A stretch of 52,333 nucleotides of DNA, counting the filler, from Sphacelaria rigidula (Eukaryota): assembly GCA_964200075.2 (NCBI GenBank). It is 4 parts of 4 records of this genome, joined end to end, with 100 filler letters (N's around TTAATTAATTAA, not from the genome) between each part and the next. Parts side by side here need not be neighbours in the genome. Positions count along the whole stretch, not along the records: positions 39,327 to 52,333 come from CAXNAA020003235.1; 3 more parts are not named here. One strand, given 5' to 3'. The notes below the pieces were generated by a model. The model searched no databases, was not told where the DNA came from, and worked only from the letters and a program-made list of their open reading frames with translations. How positions within the stretch are numbered: the stretch's first letter is position 1; each line of letters begins with the position of its first letter. This document shows positions 39,327 to 52,333 of the stretch, piece by piece. The translations under genes were made by a program, and so were the position numbers.

Positions 39327-40838
39327 TTTTTGAGTATTTGTGTGTCCTTGCTGTGGTGGGGGGGGGGAGGGGATTGTTGTGGGGGGGGGGGGGGGGGGGG
39401 GGGGGGGGGGCGCACACATTTGTTCAGTACATTTAACCGGCGATTTCATGGTTGAGTATTACTTGATCTGAGCGTGAACAATGAGCGTCGGAATTTTAGT
39501 GGGTCCGACAGTGCCGTGTGCTCCTCGCGTGCGCTGAACGCGTTTTCGATTAAATCGGCGCCACAGGCGCCGATTCGGGGTGTTACCAAGGCCACACCTT
39601 GCCTGTGTAACGTGTGTACCGTCCTTGCGCGAGGGTTCTCGGTATGCGTTGGGTTGGGGTTGGGGTTAGGGGTAGCGATAAACTGTGTCAATCATGGACA
39701 TTTGTAGCACAACGCTGGTAAACTAGCCTTTCATTTGCTGCTTGCCTTAGTCGTTGCACCTTCGACCACACATCCCTTCCCAGACGACTTTGCGCTTGCA
39801 CGCCTTAGCCAATAGGGAGGGAGGGGTAGAGAGAGATGTTGACTGGTGTTCTCATGACTCCTTCAAACCGGTGCCAGTCACGAAAGATAGAATGGATTCA
39901 TGAAACGTTGCCCTGAACCAGGGCTCACTTTCGGGGCACGCTACCGTGTGCAGCCACACCAGCAACGGTTCATGTGTGCTTTCGCCACCCCGCATGAGGG
40001 CTGCAGAGACACACGTTTATTGAGGAGTTCTTCACACGCCGCGACCATACTCACATACCATGCGCAACCGGCGGGGTATCAAAAGAAGGCTGGAGAATCC
40101 GTCTCAACAACGGAACCAGGTGACACGTCGAAACGTTCGACACATCGGACAGCTCATGCGCTACCCAAAATAATTAAATCGAAGATGGCTCCTAAATCCA
40201 CTGATCAAGGACACAAAATAAGTGATGGCAGGATCTGAGAAGCCAAAGCGCGACCTTTGAGCTACTCGACGTGCTCGGCGTCCAACGCTGTAGGGAGCAA
40301 ATGTGAAAAAATGAGCCAAACGATCTAGCCCATGATCCGAACCAGTACATTAATAAGAAGTAATATTCGGGGAGGTCATGAGCTGTTCGACGTGCGAGAC
40401 GTTCACAAGTCATTCTGCACTACAGACAGTAAGTAGGTCACAAAAGCAACGCACCATCAACGCCCCGAAGAACTGCGCAAGTTTCAATCGCGGCACGACA
40501 ACACCTCCTCCTCAAGAACAACGTATTTGCCATTCATACGATCTGATCGTCGAATAGCATTGCTGCTACATAATCTATCGCTGGGCCGTGTAGAGCAAAG
40601 GGGCCGGGCCGTAACCACACGTATTCTTCGTCGAGTGTTGCGACAAGGGCGGCGCTAGAGAGGTGACGAGACAGGTGGACTTCCGTTTCGAAAAAATAGA
40701 CCTCAACCGGTACGACCACGGACAACCGAGCTCGAGAGCGCGGGACGGCTGCATCACGAAGAAAACTGTTCGGAACTACAAGAGTCAAAATTCCGAACCC
40801 AGACCTATTTTTTTCCTCGCTAACATCCTAGATCTCAC

Positions 40839-41477
40839 TTGCAATCATGCGTCTTCGCCAGGTGTTCACGCAGCTGCCACTTCTTGGCAAAGGCCATGCC
40901 GCAAGTACGACTCCCCGCCCCAACGTCTCCTCCCTCCTTCACCCCCTCCCCCACCTTAGCTCCCGCAGCTCCATCATCACCAGCACTGCTTTCTCTATTC
41001 CTGGTCTTCTTCTGGGCGATGACATAGTTGCACTTGAACGGCCGAGGCCCCTCGTGGATAACCTTGACGTGACGCTTGAGATGATAGTTATCAAGGAAAC
41101 TCTTGCCACACTCCTTGCAAGCATGCTTCGACCGGATAGCCGCCGTCGCAGCATCCATCTTGTCGGCGGCGGCACAAGCCGCAGCTCCGGCCGCTGCATC
41201 AGGTTTTGATGCTTTCTCACCGGGCCGATCGCTCCCGTTTTGCGGCCCATCCTGTAGAGCCTGCAGCGGACCTTCAGCGGACGGTACCGCAACACGTTTT
41301 GACGCTCGCGAAGGCGCGGATGCACCTGATTCACTCACCGAGGCGCTCGAACGGCGGCTTCCCCCTCTCCTTCCCGAGACTGCGCCTGGCGTATCTGAGG
41401 CAGCGGATGCTCTCTTGAGGGAGTGAGAAAGGGAGTGCCGTGTCAACTTGTCCTTGGTGGCGAATGCCTTTCCGCAC
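40839..41477 (-). CDS. C2H2 zinc-finger protein, TFIIIA-like, exon 2 (fingers 2-4)
   Basis: CGKAFATKDKLTRHSLSH, CKECGKSFLDNYHLKRHVKVIH and C..CGMAFAKKWQLREHLAKTH; CTGCAG acceptor (phase 2) matches exon 1; AA|GTGAGA donor. Confidence 0.88.
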
Positions 41478-41669
41478 CTGCAGTTATTTGTTTTGAGTAG
41501 ATCGGGGCGGGCGGGCGGCGGCGGGGGGGGGGGGGGGGGGGGGGGAGGGGGGGGGAGGGGGAAATTTACCACGGGGGAGGGGCACCCCCACGGAAATGTT
41601 GAGGAGAAAAAGGGNNNNNNNNNNCTCTCTTCGTAGGTGGGCCGCTGCCCCCCGGGGGGGGTTTTGTGT

Positions 41670-41717
<48 letters not shown>

Positions 41718-41879
41718 GCAAGAGGTGTGAAGAGCGAAATTTACACAACGGCTAGAGTACACCACGGAATATTTCAAGAGTAACAAGGGTAAGCGTCATA
41801 GTAGGGTAGTGTAGGGCATACTGCGGTCGCGCCCGGTAGTCTGACTGGTTAGTCATTACTACTTTCTCATATGTCGCAC

Positions 41880-42272
41880 TTTGATCCCCTCCCCTTGCTC
41901 GGGACGAGGCTGTGGTCTCAAGGGATCATATCTAACATCTCTCCCCGGGACACGCCTTGCATTTTGGTCTCGCGGGTTGGGTCATGACTATCAGCACTCC
42001 CGCACCGCGTCAACTCACGTCAAACAAACTCAGTCGACTACTTTGTTTACTCACATTCTCACGCTTTCCACAGTGGAAAGCAGATACTAAGAAAAAACCC
42101 AACGCATCGGCAATCGGACCCTTGTTCTCTTCACCGTAACCCTTAGACAGCGAGGTTAGTCTTCTGTTGAATCGGCATCAATTTCAATTGAAAAGCAGTA
42201 TGCATGATCCAGAAAGACTAATCTCGCGGTTCAAGAGTTAATGGCGACAGTCGGACCATTACACCACCGGGG
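41880..42272 (-). mobile_element. tRNA-derived SINE (family copy 3), interrupted by a 98-bp insertion
   Basis: Same body and head (CCCCGGTGGTGTAATGGTCCG) as 27040-27332, with extra DNA at 42140-42237. Confidence 0.85.
42140..42237. mobile_element. 98-bp palindromic MITE with piggyBac-like ends
   Basis: GTAA|CCCTT..GCGAGGTTAGTCTTCTG...CAGAAAGACTAATCTCGC..AAGAG|TTAA; absent from the other two SINE copies. Confidence 0.65.
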
Positions 42273-43621
42273 CGACTGGTATACCTCCAAAACTAGTTGG
42301 AGCGGAGATTATGGCATGGTTCCAGAAAGATACGGGGGAGGGAGAGGGGTACTCATATGTTGCTTGCCTTGGCCATTTGACCAAATTGACCACCCATCCC
42401 TTTCAAGACGAAGCACCGTTCCTATTCCTCGTGAAAACAATTCCCAACGTTCGGGTGCTCATGACGTTCAATTCACACACTACACAAGAAACCCTATTAA
42501 CATATTTTATCTCCCTTGCTGTTTCGCCGCCTGTGGCCACCATCCATCTCCTTGGTACAGCGATCGTTTTTCTCGTTACTGTCTGCTGTACCAGACGATT
42601 TCACGCCACCTTCGTCTACCTCCCTCAGGGGGGACGGGGGACGGGGGACGGGGGACGGGGGGGTAGTCATGATCTACCATGCCGTAGTCATAATAACCAT
42701 TGACCTTACATCCCTACAAAACCGGGGCGGAGCACGGCTTTTCGCCAGACCAGGCTCGCACTGAATCACAAAGCGCCAACCGCCGTGGTGTGCTCGGCGA
42801 GTCGCATCCCCAGGGGCGGGGAGGGGCGGGGAGGAGGGGGTTGCGACACGTGTCTCATTTCAGTCGTTGAGGACGTGAGGAAGTGGGTAGCACAGAACAC
42901 GGGACGAAAGTCGGTGGGGGTTCGGAATGCTGATCCAATCCACCCAGCCAAATATCATACATGTACTGGGGGATAGATGAGTTGATTCCTCTCCACTATT
43001 GGCTCACCGTGAGGGAGAGGGAGGGGAGGGGAGGGGGGGAGCATGGTCTGCGGCTGATGAAGCCTTGCGGAATCCACCGAAATATCCAAATCAAGATATA
43101 AAAATATCATAGGTGGGACAGGTTTCAGCGATTCAGCTCCTTCTTGGCTACCTTTACTAATATACACTAAACTGAACTACTTCTCGAAGAATGAAATATT
43201 TTTCATACCTCCACCCGATTGTTATGTGAGTTCTGTAAGCCTCCCATACCGCTTTTGACAAGATACCCGGTTGCGGGTACGGTTTTCTGTGCAACATTCA
43301 TACCCCTACCCGACAGCTTTTGTGAGTTCTGTACAGAAAGTTTACCCGTACCTGGGGCGCGGGTATGCTGTTGAGGAAATAGCCGATTGCCGCTACGGTT
43401 TTTCTTCAAACCTCTCATTCCGTACCCGTCAAGTTCTGTAATTTCTTCAAGACTTTCAAACCGGTACCCGACAGTTTTGCAAATTCCGTGAGATTTTCAT
43501 ATCGGTGCCCGATATTTGTAAGTTCGGTGAGGAATCTCATACCCTACAGAACAGGTCCGTACCCTGCAGAACACAACCTTGGTATTTTCGGAGGGTCGAC
43601 ACGTTACACTCGTTGCGTTCA

Positions 43622-43780
43622 CGTTTCACGTCAAAAGTCATCAAAAGTTAAGCCAGGCTAGTACTACGGTGGGGGACTATGTGGGGAGCCCTGATTTGAC
43701 TTGATTTTCGAAAAGGGCTTCCCACCTGGTTCCCGTCCCCCACCGTTGTACTAGCCTATCTTAACTTTTGACGTGAAACG
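43622..43780. repeat. Palindromic element whose arms resemble the 5S rRNA internal control region
   Basis: Left arm AAGTTAAGCCAGGCTAGTACTACGGTGGGGGACTATGTGGGGAGCCCTG; the right arm is its near reverse complement. Resembles eukaryotic 5S GAAGTTAAGC...TAGTACTACGGTGGGGGACCACG.GGGAAGCCC (from recall, not aligned). Confidence 0.7.
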
Positions 43781-45749
43781 GGACACGACGCGGTACGCCG
43801 CGGGTCGTTCTTACTTTTGTGGGTGGAGAAAGAGCGGCGAACAGACTTCAAGCGAGCCCTCGGGGATCAGCCACACGGGACTCACCAAGTGAAGATGAGA
43901 GCAACCCCCCCACATCTCGTATAAACAGTCGCGTTGATTTGAACACACAACTCAGACCGTGTTTTCTCGAAAAAAATCGCATCGAAAAAAGTGCGGTGGG
44001 GAAGAAAAAATGCGATCTGATTGGTCGCCATATCAACGTACATGACGTGGACATGATGACGCGAACTGCCCTGACCCATCAGACCGGAATATTTCTTTTT
44101 CGCCACCCTTGTTCAGTCGAAAAATAATGAGCCAAGGGCGTGCCTCAGGCCGCTTCTCACAGACTGAAAAAATTCACAGAAGAAAGTTCGGGCGGACGAC
44201 TTCTCTCAGGTATTTTTTCAGAGAAGTCAGGTTCCAAAACCCCACCTCATCGTCTACGAAAAAATCCTGAGGATTTGTAGACCCGAGGTCATCATACAGC
44301 CTGCGTGCAGACGGTGGTGGTCATCATTTGCATGTTGTGCATATGCCACCTGCGGTAAACCAACACATAAATAATACCGTCAATGTACAGGATAGATGGG
44401 ATGGCACCACACACACGTAGTAGCTCCTGGCATAATAGGGATCAAAATGACAGGCGTATCAACTTTTATTTCAGCTGACCGCCGCTTGGTACAGTAGTAG
44501 TGTCGTAAGCTGTGACGTGTGCAGCCGCACACAACAAACTCACGTGACCAAGTCAGTAGCGCGGTATCAACCGTTTCAGTACACAGAGTACTACAGAGTT
44601 CACAATCGGTGGCGGGTACGGCGAGCATGAAACGATACGAGCAGTCAATACAGTCAGCAGGTGCGACACATTTAATAGAAGAGGATGCACCAAGTGCTGC
44701 AGCAGCTATGCTGTTGCTACGGTCCTGTGCATACAACATGCATAGCTACCTTTGCACTCACTGTACTACACTTGTATGCGAGGAGTGTGTGATGGAACGT
44801 CACTTTCCAGACCAAGCAAAGTCTCTGGGAACTGACGGCTTTTCCCACTGAGATTTGGAAAAATCTCGCTGTCTGGAAACGGGTGTCAGTTTCCAGAAAC
44901 TTTCTTCATGAAAAATGGCCTTTAAAGGTCGCGTTTTGAAAATTTTCTGCGGCGACTTTTTTCAGTCTTTAAAAAGCGCTCCAAGCACAGTTCTTTTCGG
45001 TCGGAAAAAATATGCGATAGATTTGATTTGTGCGAATTCGTTCGTTTTTCGCCAGCTCGGTCCAAGCGAATTCGCGAGCTTCCAATCGAAAAAAAGACAA
45101 GTGAAAATCGTGAAGCGGCACTTGTTTGCTTGTCCGCGGTACAGATGGTACGCCTGCACTATTTGAATACAGCGTGTCTTGAGTGTGTGGGTGTGCGTGT
45201 TTCGTACAGGAGGATGGGAAAGAGAAGCGGGAAACGTGCAGTACAGACAGCGCAGGATTATTTTTACTCTCTGCTTACGATGTCACGTGGAAAGCATCCG
45301 AACAACGTGCAGTTGTGTTGCTTGCGCTGTACATGACCGTGTTCGCAAGCCGGTCGCCCACCCTATCGCACAGTCAGTTCCGTCGCTGATTCCTACTCGT
45401 ACCATGAAAGAACATGAGGAACAGAAATGCTGTGGACCCATCGATCTACTTCTTCTTTTCTGCCGCACTTTTTCGATCGAAAAAAATGTGATGAGACACG
45501 CCCCGAGCACCTTGTTTTTCAATCGAAAAGGTGCGGTGGAAAAGAAAATAATCGATTTGATAGCTTTTGATTACAACAGAAACGACGTAGAGATGAATGA
45601 TGACCGATCCTGATATGTTGACCCTCTTGGGACCGGGCCTCCAGAACGACCAACGAGGCCGGTGAGGGATGACGCGTCCGGCGTCTGCACGAAACAGTGG
45701 CTTCATGTTGCTGAAACCCACGCATGTAACCGCAGGGTCAGGAGGGAGA

Positions 45750-46210
45750 CCGGAAGTTTCATTACGTAATACACATCTGATGCAACAAGCAGTATGAGTC
45801 GTCGTGGAGAGCTTTCGACAGGATGGGGGGACCGGCGGGCCGCCCGCCACTTGAGGCTTTGGATGATAATACTTTCCGCGTCACCTTGCCACACAGACCT
45901 TTGTGGTCGGGGTGAGCGGCAAATTGTCTTCGAAGGGTATGGGCGTTGAAGCGGCGCACATACATACAGTACAGTGCATGCAGTACGTCTCTCCGACTGC
46001 AGCAGCAGCTGCCGCTGCATACTCCCTTGCACGTTCTGGGCAGTTCTCAGCTACCGTGATCAACTGCCTGTATACCGCTGCTTCGTCCCCGCCCACTACA
46101 CAGATGTTTACGGTGTTCTGCAAGCCATCGGCAGAGGGACAGGCGAAACTCATGACTATAGCCCCTTCTCTCTTCCCACGGCCCAGCTGCGTTTAGTGCC
46201 CTCGAGAAAA
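45750..46210 (-). repeat. Dispersed repeat family A (inverted copy)
   Basis: Reverse-complement similarity to 24960-25400 and 51950-52333. Confidence 0.85.
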
Positions 46211-46274
46211 TAACCGCAACGTAGCATGTACGCTTTCCCTGGTTTCCCCCCCTTATCATGTGTTCGTGTAATTA

Positions 46275-46530
46275 CTACGTTTAGAATAGGCTGGCGACCC
46301 CGAAAAACATTCGGGAAATCACGGGAGCGCTATACTGACTGCAAGTAAAACAAGAAATCGTTGCCCGACCATCCGGGCTTTGCGCACCAGGGCAGGCTTC
46401 TCTGGGCCAGGGACAGGGCCCCCACACGATCTTGGCAGTGACTTCAAATTCGGTAACAATCCCCGCGCTGGTCGTTCGGATCTGGTCGATAAATTTCGCC
46501 TCGCCGTGATTGGGCAGTTCACTCCCTGAC
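46275..46530 (-). repeat. Repeat family B; inverted copy at ~50895-51150
   Basis: CGCTGGTCGTTCGGATCTGGTCGATAAATTTCGCCTCGCCGTGATTGGGCAG vs CTGCCCAATCACGGCGAGGCGAAATTCATCGACCAGACCCGAACGACCAGCG. Confidence 0.85.
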
Positions 46531-47750
46531 TTTTATTTTCTATTTTACCAACACATGGTCAACCCCGTGTTCGTTGGGGGGTCGGTCCCAAAAGGGTTAC
46601 GATCGGAATTTCGATTTTCCGCCTCGCCTTCCCGATCGAAAAATGTTTTGCCTGGACACGGCCCGAGACACAGCCTCAACAGAGCAAGCTAGTTGGTAAC
46701 ACAACCAAGCGCAACAGCAGCACACTACGTCACACACCTGTGTTCGGCCGTGTCTTAGCACATTATTTATCGATCGAAAAAGTCCCGATATGATGGGTCA
46801 TGTTTTCAACCATCTTCAAAGTTAACGACGATGGTTGAACTCACGACCCATAAGATCGGAATTTTTGCTTTCCACCGCACAATTTCGATCGAAAACGGAT
46901 GTGCGAAGACAGGCCATGACACCTGTGACACCTCATGGAATAGAAGTTCGCACGCCCTCCAAGCTGCGGGTACTCTGATTGGTTCATCTGAATTCCCGCT
47001 TCCAGCTGGTCCAAAACCTTTGGGACATATTTCTGCGAAACGGGATTCACATTCGCCGCCCGAATGGTACTTGTGTTGTGTCGTGTGTGTATGTACTATC
47101 TGCACAGCTAGCTACCTACAAAAGGGGTTTTTGATAAACCACATTTCCGACGAACTTTGGTATCTCTGGACCAGTCTGTTTCTAGACGGGATGGCCGGCT
47201 AATGAGTCATGTATCTGGAGAACACGTTCCATATCGGAGAACTTTCGTCCCCGAAATCTCAAAATGTAGTTTCGGACGAACTCACCCGAAAAAAAACGAC
47301 CGAAACTTTTCCAGCCTGAACTTTTCGGATTGTGACAACCGGTGTCACAGCACACCTACTGCTACCTGTTGTGGGTACGAGAACATGCAATTGCACCGCG
47401 CAACTCCAGTTCGCAATGTGTACAGCAATCAAGCGGCACGGCAGGCACCGGCAGTATAGCTCAAGGAGCGTGGGAATGACCTACGCTGGTAACAAGTCAG
47501 ATGGCGTACTTCTTTCATCAAGTGAAATGTTGATAAGTGACGCCTGCGGTGATCAACTACGCAACGCTAGTGGCCAAACTAAACGCCATGATATGTGATA
47601 GCCGTGATCGCTATATAGCAATATGATGGAACGATGAAAATACTAGGTACAGCAGGTAACAGGAGGGGCTGAGCGTCGCTTTTCAACACAGTTCGGGGCT
47701 ACACGCACGCACATCTTCACGCACGGAATCCACCCCTTTCTCCCGACTCA

Positions 47751-49519
<1,769 letters not shown>

Positions 49520-49577
49520 ATGTCTGGCATGCAAGTATCCACGTTCCATGGCGTGAAGATCTACAATCTCTCTTCAG
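49520..49577 (+). CDS. NOL10: Nucleolar protein 10 / Enp2 (SSU processome), exon 1
   Basis: MSGMQVSTFHGVKIYNLSSG| matches the conserved NOL10 N-terminus (MQVSSLNEVKIYSLSCGK); strong CAG|GTAAGC donor. Exon 2 was not found in the window. Confidence 0.75.
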
Positions 49578-50524
49578 GTAAGCCGTCTATTAATTATATG
49601 TCTGTTTGTCCTGTACAATGACATGCTACGTAGTACAACACCCCGGTGTTGTGTTGTTCAACCCTGTTGAACTCTCGACTTCCTCATAGCAGTACGATCC
49701 TGCGTCCCTGATCGCTCCTGATCATCAAAACTTATCGGATAGAACTTCCCATTACGTGATTCTAGTTAGTGTACCTCGTCCCTGTTTTCGAGGAATACCA
49801 AGGGTACGCTGGTACCTGTGCGCGTTTCCTTGAAATTTGGCCGTACATTCTGTTGTAGACACACATAGACGCGGCACACCGCAGCTCCGCATAGTTGTTC
49901 GGTACTCCCTGCACTGTCGTTACAGGACAAGAAAACTTAGACTGTACTAAGCGGAAGCATCACAGGCTGTTTGAGCAGCAGTAGCACGAGCATGTGTACC
50001 CGAGCGCAGCTGGCAGTCCCGTGGGTTGGCAATCTTGTTCCTTTCGGATGATATGTAGGCGTTCGTGCCGAAGATGTTACACGGACTGTAGGGCTCGAGT
50101 TGAAGCAGTCATGTTCCACAGTATCAATGGTATTGAGCCCACAGAAAAAAAAAACATACTGGCAATAGAGATTATCATAGTCAGCACGGACAGTTGGCTC
50201 AGCCGGCGTGGGTCGGCAGTGGAGGAATCAGCATGGAGAAGCGCAATCGGTTGCTGTTCGATACCTGTCCCTGTCCGGGAGTTACTGACTAAATTAGTAC
50301 TGCGTTGTCAGAGCTACGGGCGCCAGTCTGTACACACGAGTACTGCTGCTGACTTTGTATATCCATCACATCACGTGTCACTTCGTTGATGGGAAAATTA
50401 TGTTGAAAATAGAAAATACTCCGCAAAGCCTGGGGGAAGTGGAAGTTGGCTGATCACAATATTCCACACGTTGGACGAGTCATAACTCGTCGAAACCAGT
50501 GCCCTCGTGAATGTTTTTGAAAAC

Positions 50525-50825
50525 GCAACGAGCATGACTCGTGTGCTCGAGGCCTTTTTTTTGTTTTACAACGAGTAATCACTCGAGTCCTTGCCCTACG
50601 AGGTATTGACTTTTTCCACAACGAGCGATGACTCGAGTGCTCGCCCTATTAGTTTGTTTCCACCACGAGCAATGACTCCAGTGCTCGCCGTATTATTTTT
50701 TTTCACAACAAGCAATGACTCGAGTGCTTGCGCTATTATTTTTTATCCACAACGAGCAATGACTCAAGTGCTCACCCTAATAATTTTTTCCACAACGAGC
50801 AATGACTCGAGTGCTCGCCCTATTA
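50525..50825 (+). repeat. 43-44-bp tandem minisatellite (~7 units)
   Basis: Unit CCACAACGAGCAATGACTCGAGTGCTCGCCCTATTA(T)n; unit starts at 50621, 50665, 50708, 50752, 50795. Confidence 0.92.
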
Positions 50826-50894
50826 ACACTTTTGCATGGGACCGACCCCTCACTAACACAAGGTTGACCATGTCTTAGTGAAATAATATAATAA

Positions 50895-51150
50895 TAAGTA
50901 AGGGAGCGACCTGCCCAATCACGGCGAGGCGAAATTCATCGACCAGACCCGAACGACCAGCGCAGGGACTGTTGCTGAGTGTGATGTCACTGCAAAGATA
51001 GTGTGGGGGCCCTATCTCTGGCCCAGGTGAGCCTCCCCAGGTTTCTAAAGCCAGGGTGCTCGGAGCATGGCTTATCGTATTACTTGCATTCAGTATAGCG
51101 TTCCCGGGGTTTCCCAGGAGTTTTTTGGGGTCGCCAGCCTATACTAAAAC
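50895..51150 (+). repeat. Repeat family B copy
   Basis: Inverted match to 46275-46530. Confidence 0.85.
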
Positions 51151-51949
51151 GCACCGCTCTGGTCCGGACTATAGGGCCGTTCCAGAAAATCCAAAATATA
51201 AGGCCGATTGGGACTTTTGCGTGTACGTGACGTCCCAGCACTTGTATACGCGATGAAATGCATCTAAATAGTGTCAGGGGGGATGCGAGGGGAAAAAAAT
51301 GTCAAGGTGACCAGGGGACACCAGGAACCCATCCCCGAGTTTCTACTGTCTATAAGGCGAAAATGTCTGATCTGCTCCGTTCGGCCGTAATTTAAAATTG
51401 GCCGTTGATCTTCTCCAGGAACATTAACAAGCACGCACATGTTGGAACAGTGGGGATGCAATAACATGTTCCCCGGGGTGACCAGGGGATGACACAATAT
51501 CATCCCCGGGTTTCCAATGCAGCAAAGTCCCGCTGCAAAACACCGTTGTTGCTGCCTTGTAGGAGCTCATCTATCACTGCCCTTCGCTCATGCGGGTTGA
51601 GATTCTTTCTATTTGGGCTCTCGGCATCATTTTCAGCGCTAGACATGTCCCTTCACACCGTGGGAAGGTCTCCTACTGCCACTTTGAAGTTATCGAGCTC
51701 TCAGTACTGCTGCTGTGCGCTGGTGTATGTGTGCGGGACTGTGAGTTTTTTTCTAATACCCGCGCAAACGCACGCCCGCACACGCGGCGAGTCTAAAAAA
51801 AAACGGTTTAAAAAAAATCGGTCCCCAGCAGAAGTTATGCCGCAAAATGTCTGGAGCGGACCTATATTCCGGACCAGAGTGGTAGTAATTACACTAACAC
51901 AGGATGGCGTGGGAAAGCCGGGAAGGAGTGTACATGCCACAATGTGGTC

Positions 51950-52333
51950 ATTTTCACGAGGCACTAAACCCAGGTGGGCCGTGGAAAGACAAAAAGAGTT
52001 ACCGTTATGAATTCTGCTTATCCCTCTGCCGATGACTTGCAGCACACTGTGAACATGTATGTAGTGGGCGAGGATAAAAAAGCTGTGTATAGGCAGCTGA
52101 TCTCCGTCGCTGAGAACTGCTGCAGTGGGAGAGGCGTACTGCACTTACTGTACTGTACTGTACTGTACTGTACTGTACTGTACTGTACTGTACTGTACGT
52201 ATGTGCGCCGCAACGCCAATACCCTTTGAAGAGACTTTGTAGCATGCAACAAAGAGGGAAATGGCGGCCCACCCCGACCACAAAGGGCTGTGTGGCAAGG
52301 TGATGGGGCCATCATTACAATCCACGGCCACAA
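51950..52333 (+). repeat. Dispersed repeat family A copy with an expanded (TACTG)n tract at ~52146-52196
   Basis: Matches 24960-25400; the GTACTGTACTG motif is expanded to about 10 units. Confidence 0.85.

Noticed and set aside
39732-39804. Possible terminal exon of the zinc-finger gene (RASAKSSGKGCVVEGATTKASSK*)
   Set aside because: Phase-compatible but has a weak acceptor and no homology support; the remaining fingers may lie on another scaffold.
43645-43767. Functional 5S rRNA gene
   Set aside because: Only ~50 nt of the 3' half is present per arm, with a deletion after box A and no 5' half.
44740-44810. B-box-like peptide YLCTHCTTLVCEECVMERH
   Set aside because: Antisense within the zinc-finger gene intron, with no supporting splice structure; likely chance.
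50525-50825. CRISPR-like array of palindromic repeats
   Set aside because: Units are contiguous with short, similar T-rich linkers rather than unique spacers; eukaryotic intron context and no cas genes.

Overview
Eukaryotic, intron-rich, repeat-rich DNA. Its style (short exons, kb-long MITE/SINE-filled introns, TTAGGG-like motifs) suggests a brown alga or related stramenopile; that assignment is inference. The window is not one locus. It is four size-sorted scaffolds (1-13011, 13112-26119, 26220-39226, 39327-52333; 13011/13008/13007/13007 bp) joined by 100-bp N spacers carrying TTAATTAATTAA. Scaffold 1: several exons of a minus-strand charged/low-complexity protein of unknown function, probably with one GC-AG intron. 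Scaffold 2: the probable 3' end of an unknown gene plus many transposon relics. Scaffold 3: a minus-strand GRAM-domain gene with a Copia RT relic in an intron, and the first three exons of an SLC25 mitochondrial carrier (2-oxoglutarate/malate or dicarboxylate type). Scaffold 4: a TFIIIA-like C2H2 zinc-finger gene head-to-head with NOL10/ENP2 exon 1. The most notable observation is a palindromic element built from two inverted copies of 5S rRNA internal-control-region-like sequence inside intron 1 of the TFIIIA-like gene. Most ORFs in the supplied track are spurious.
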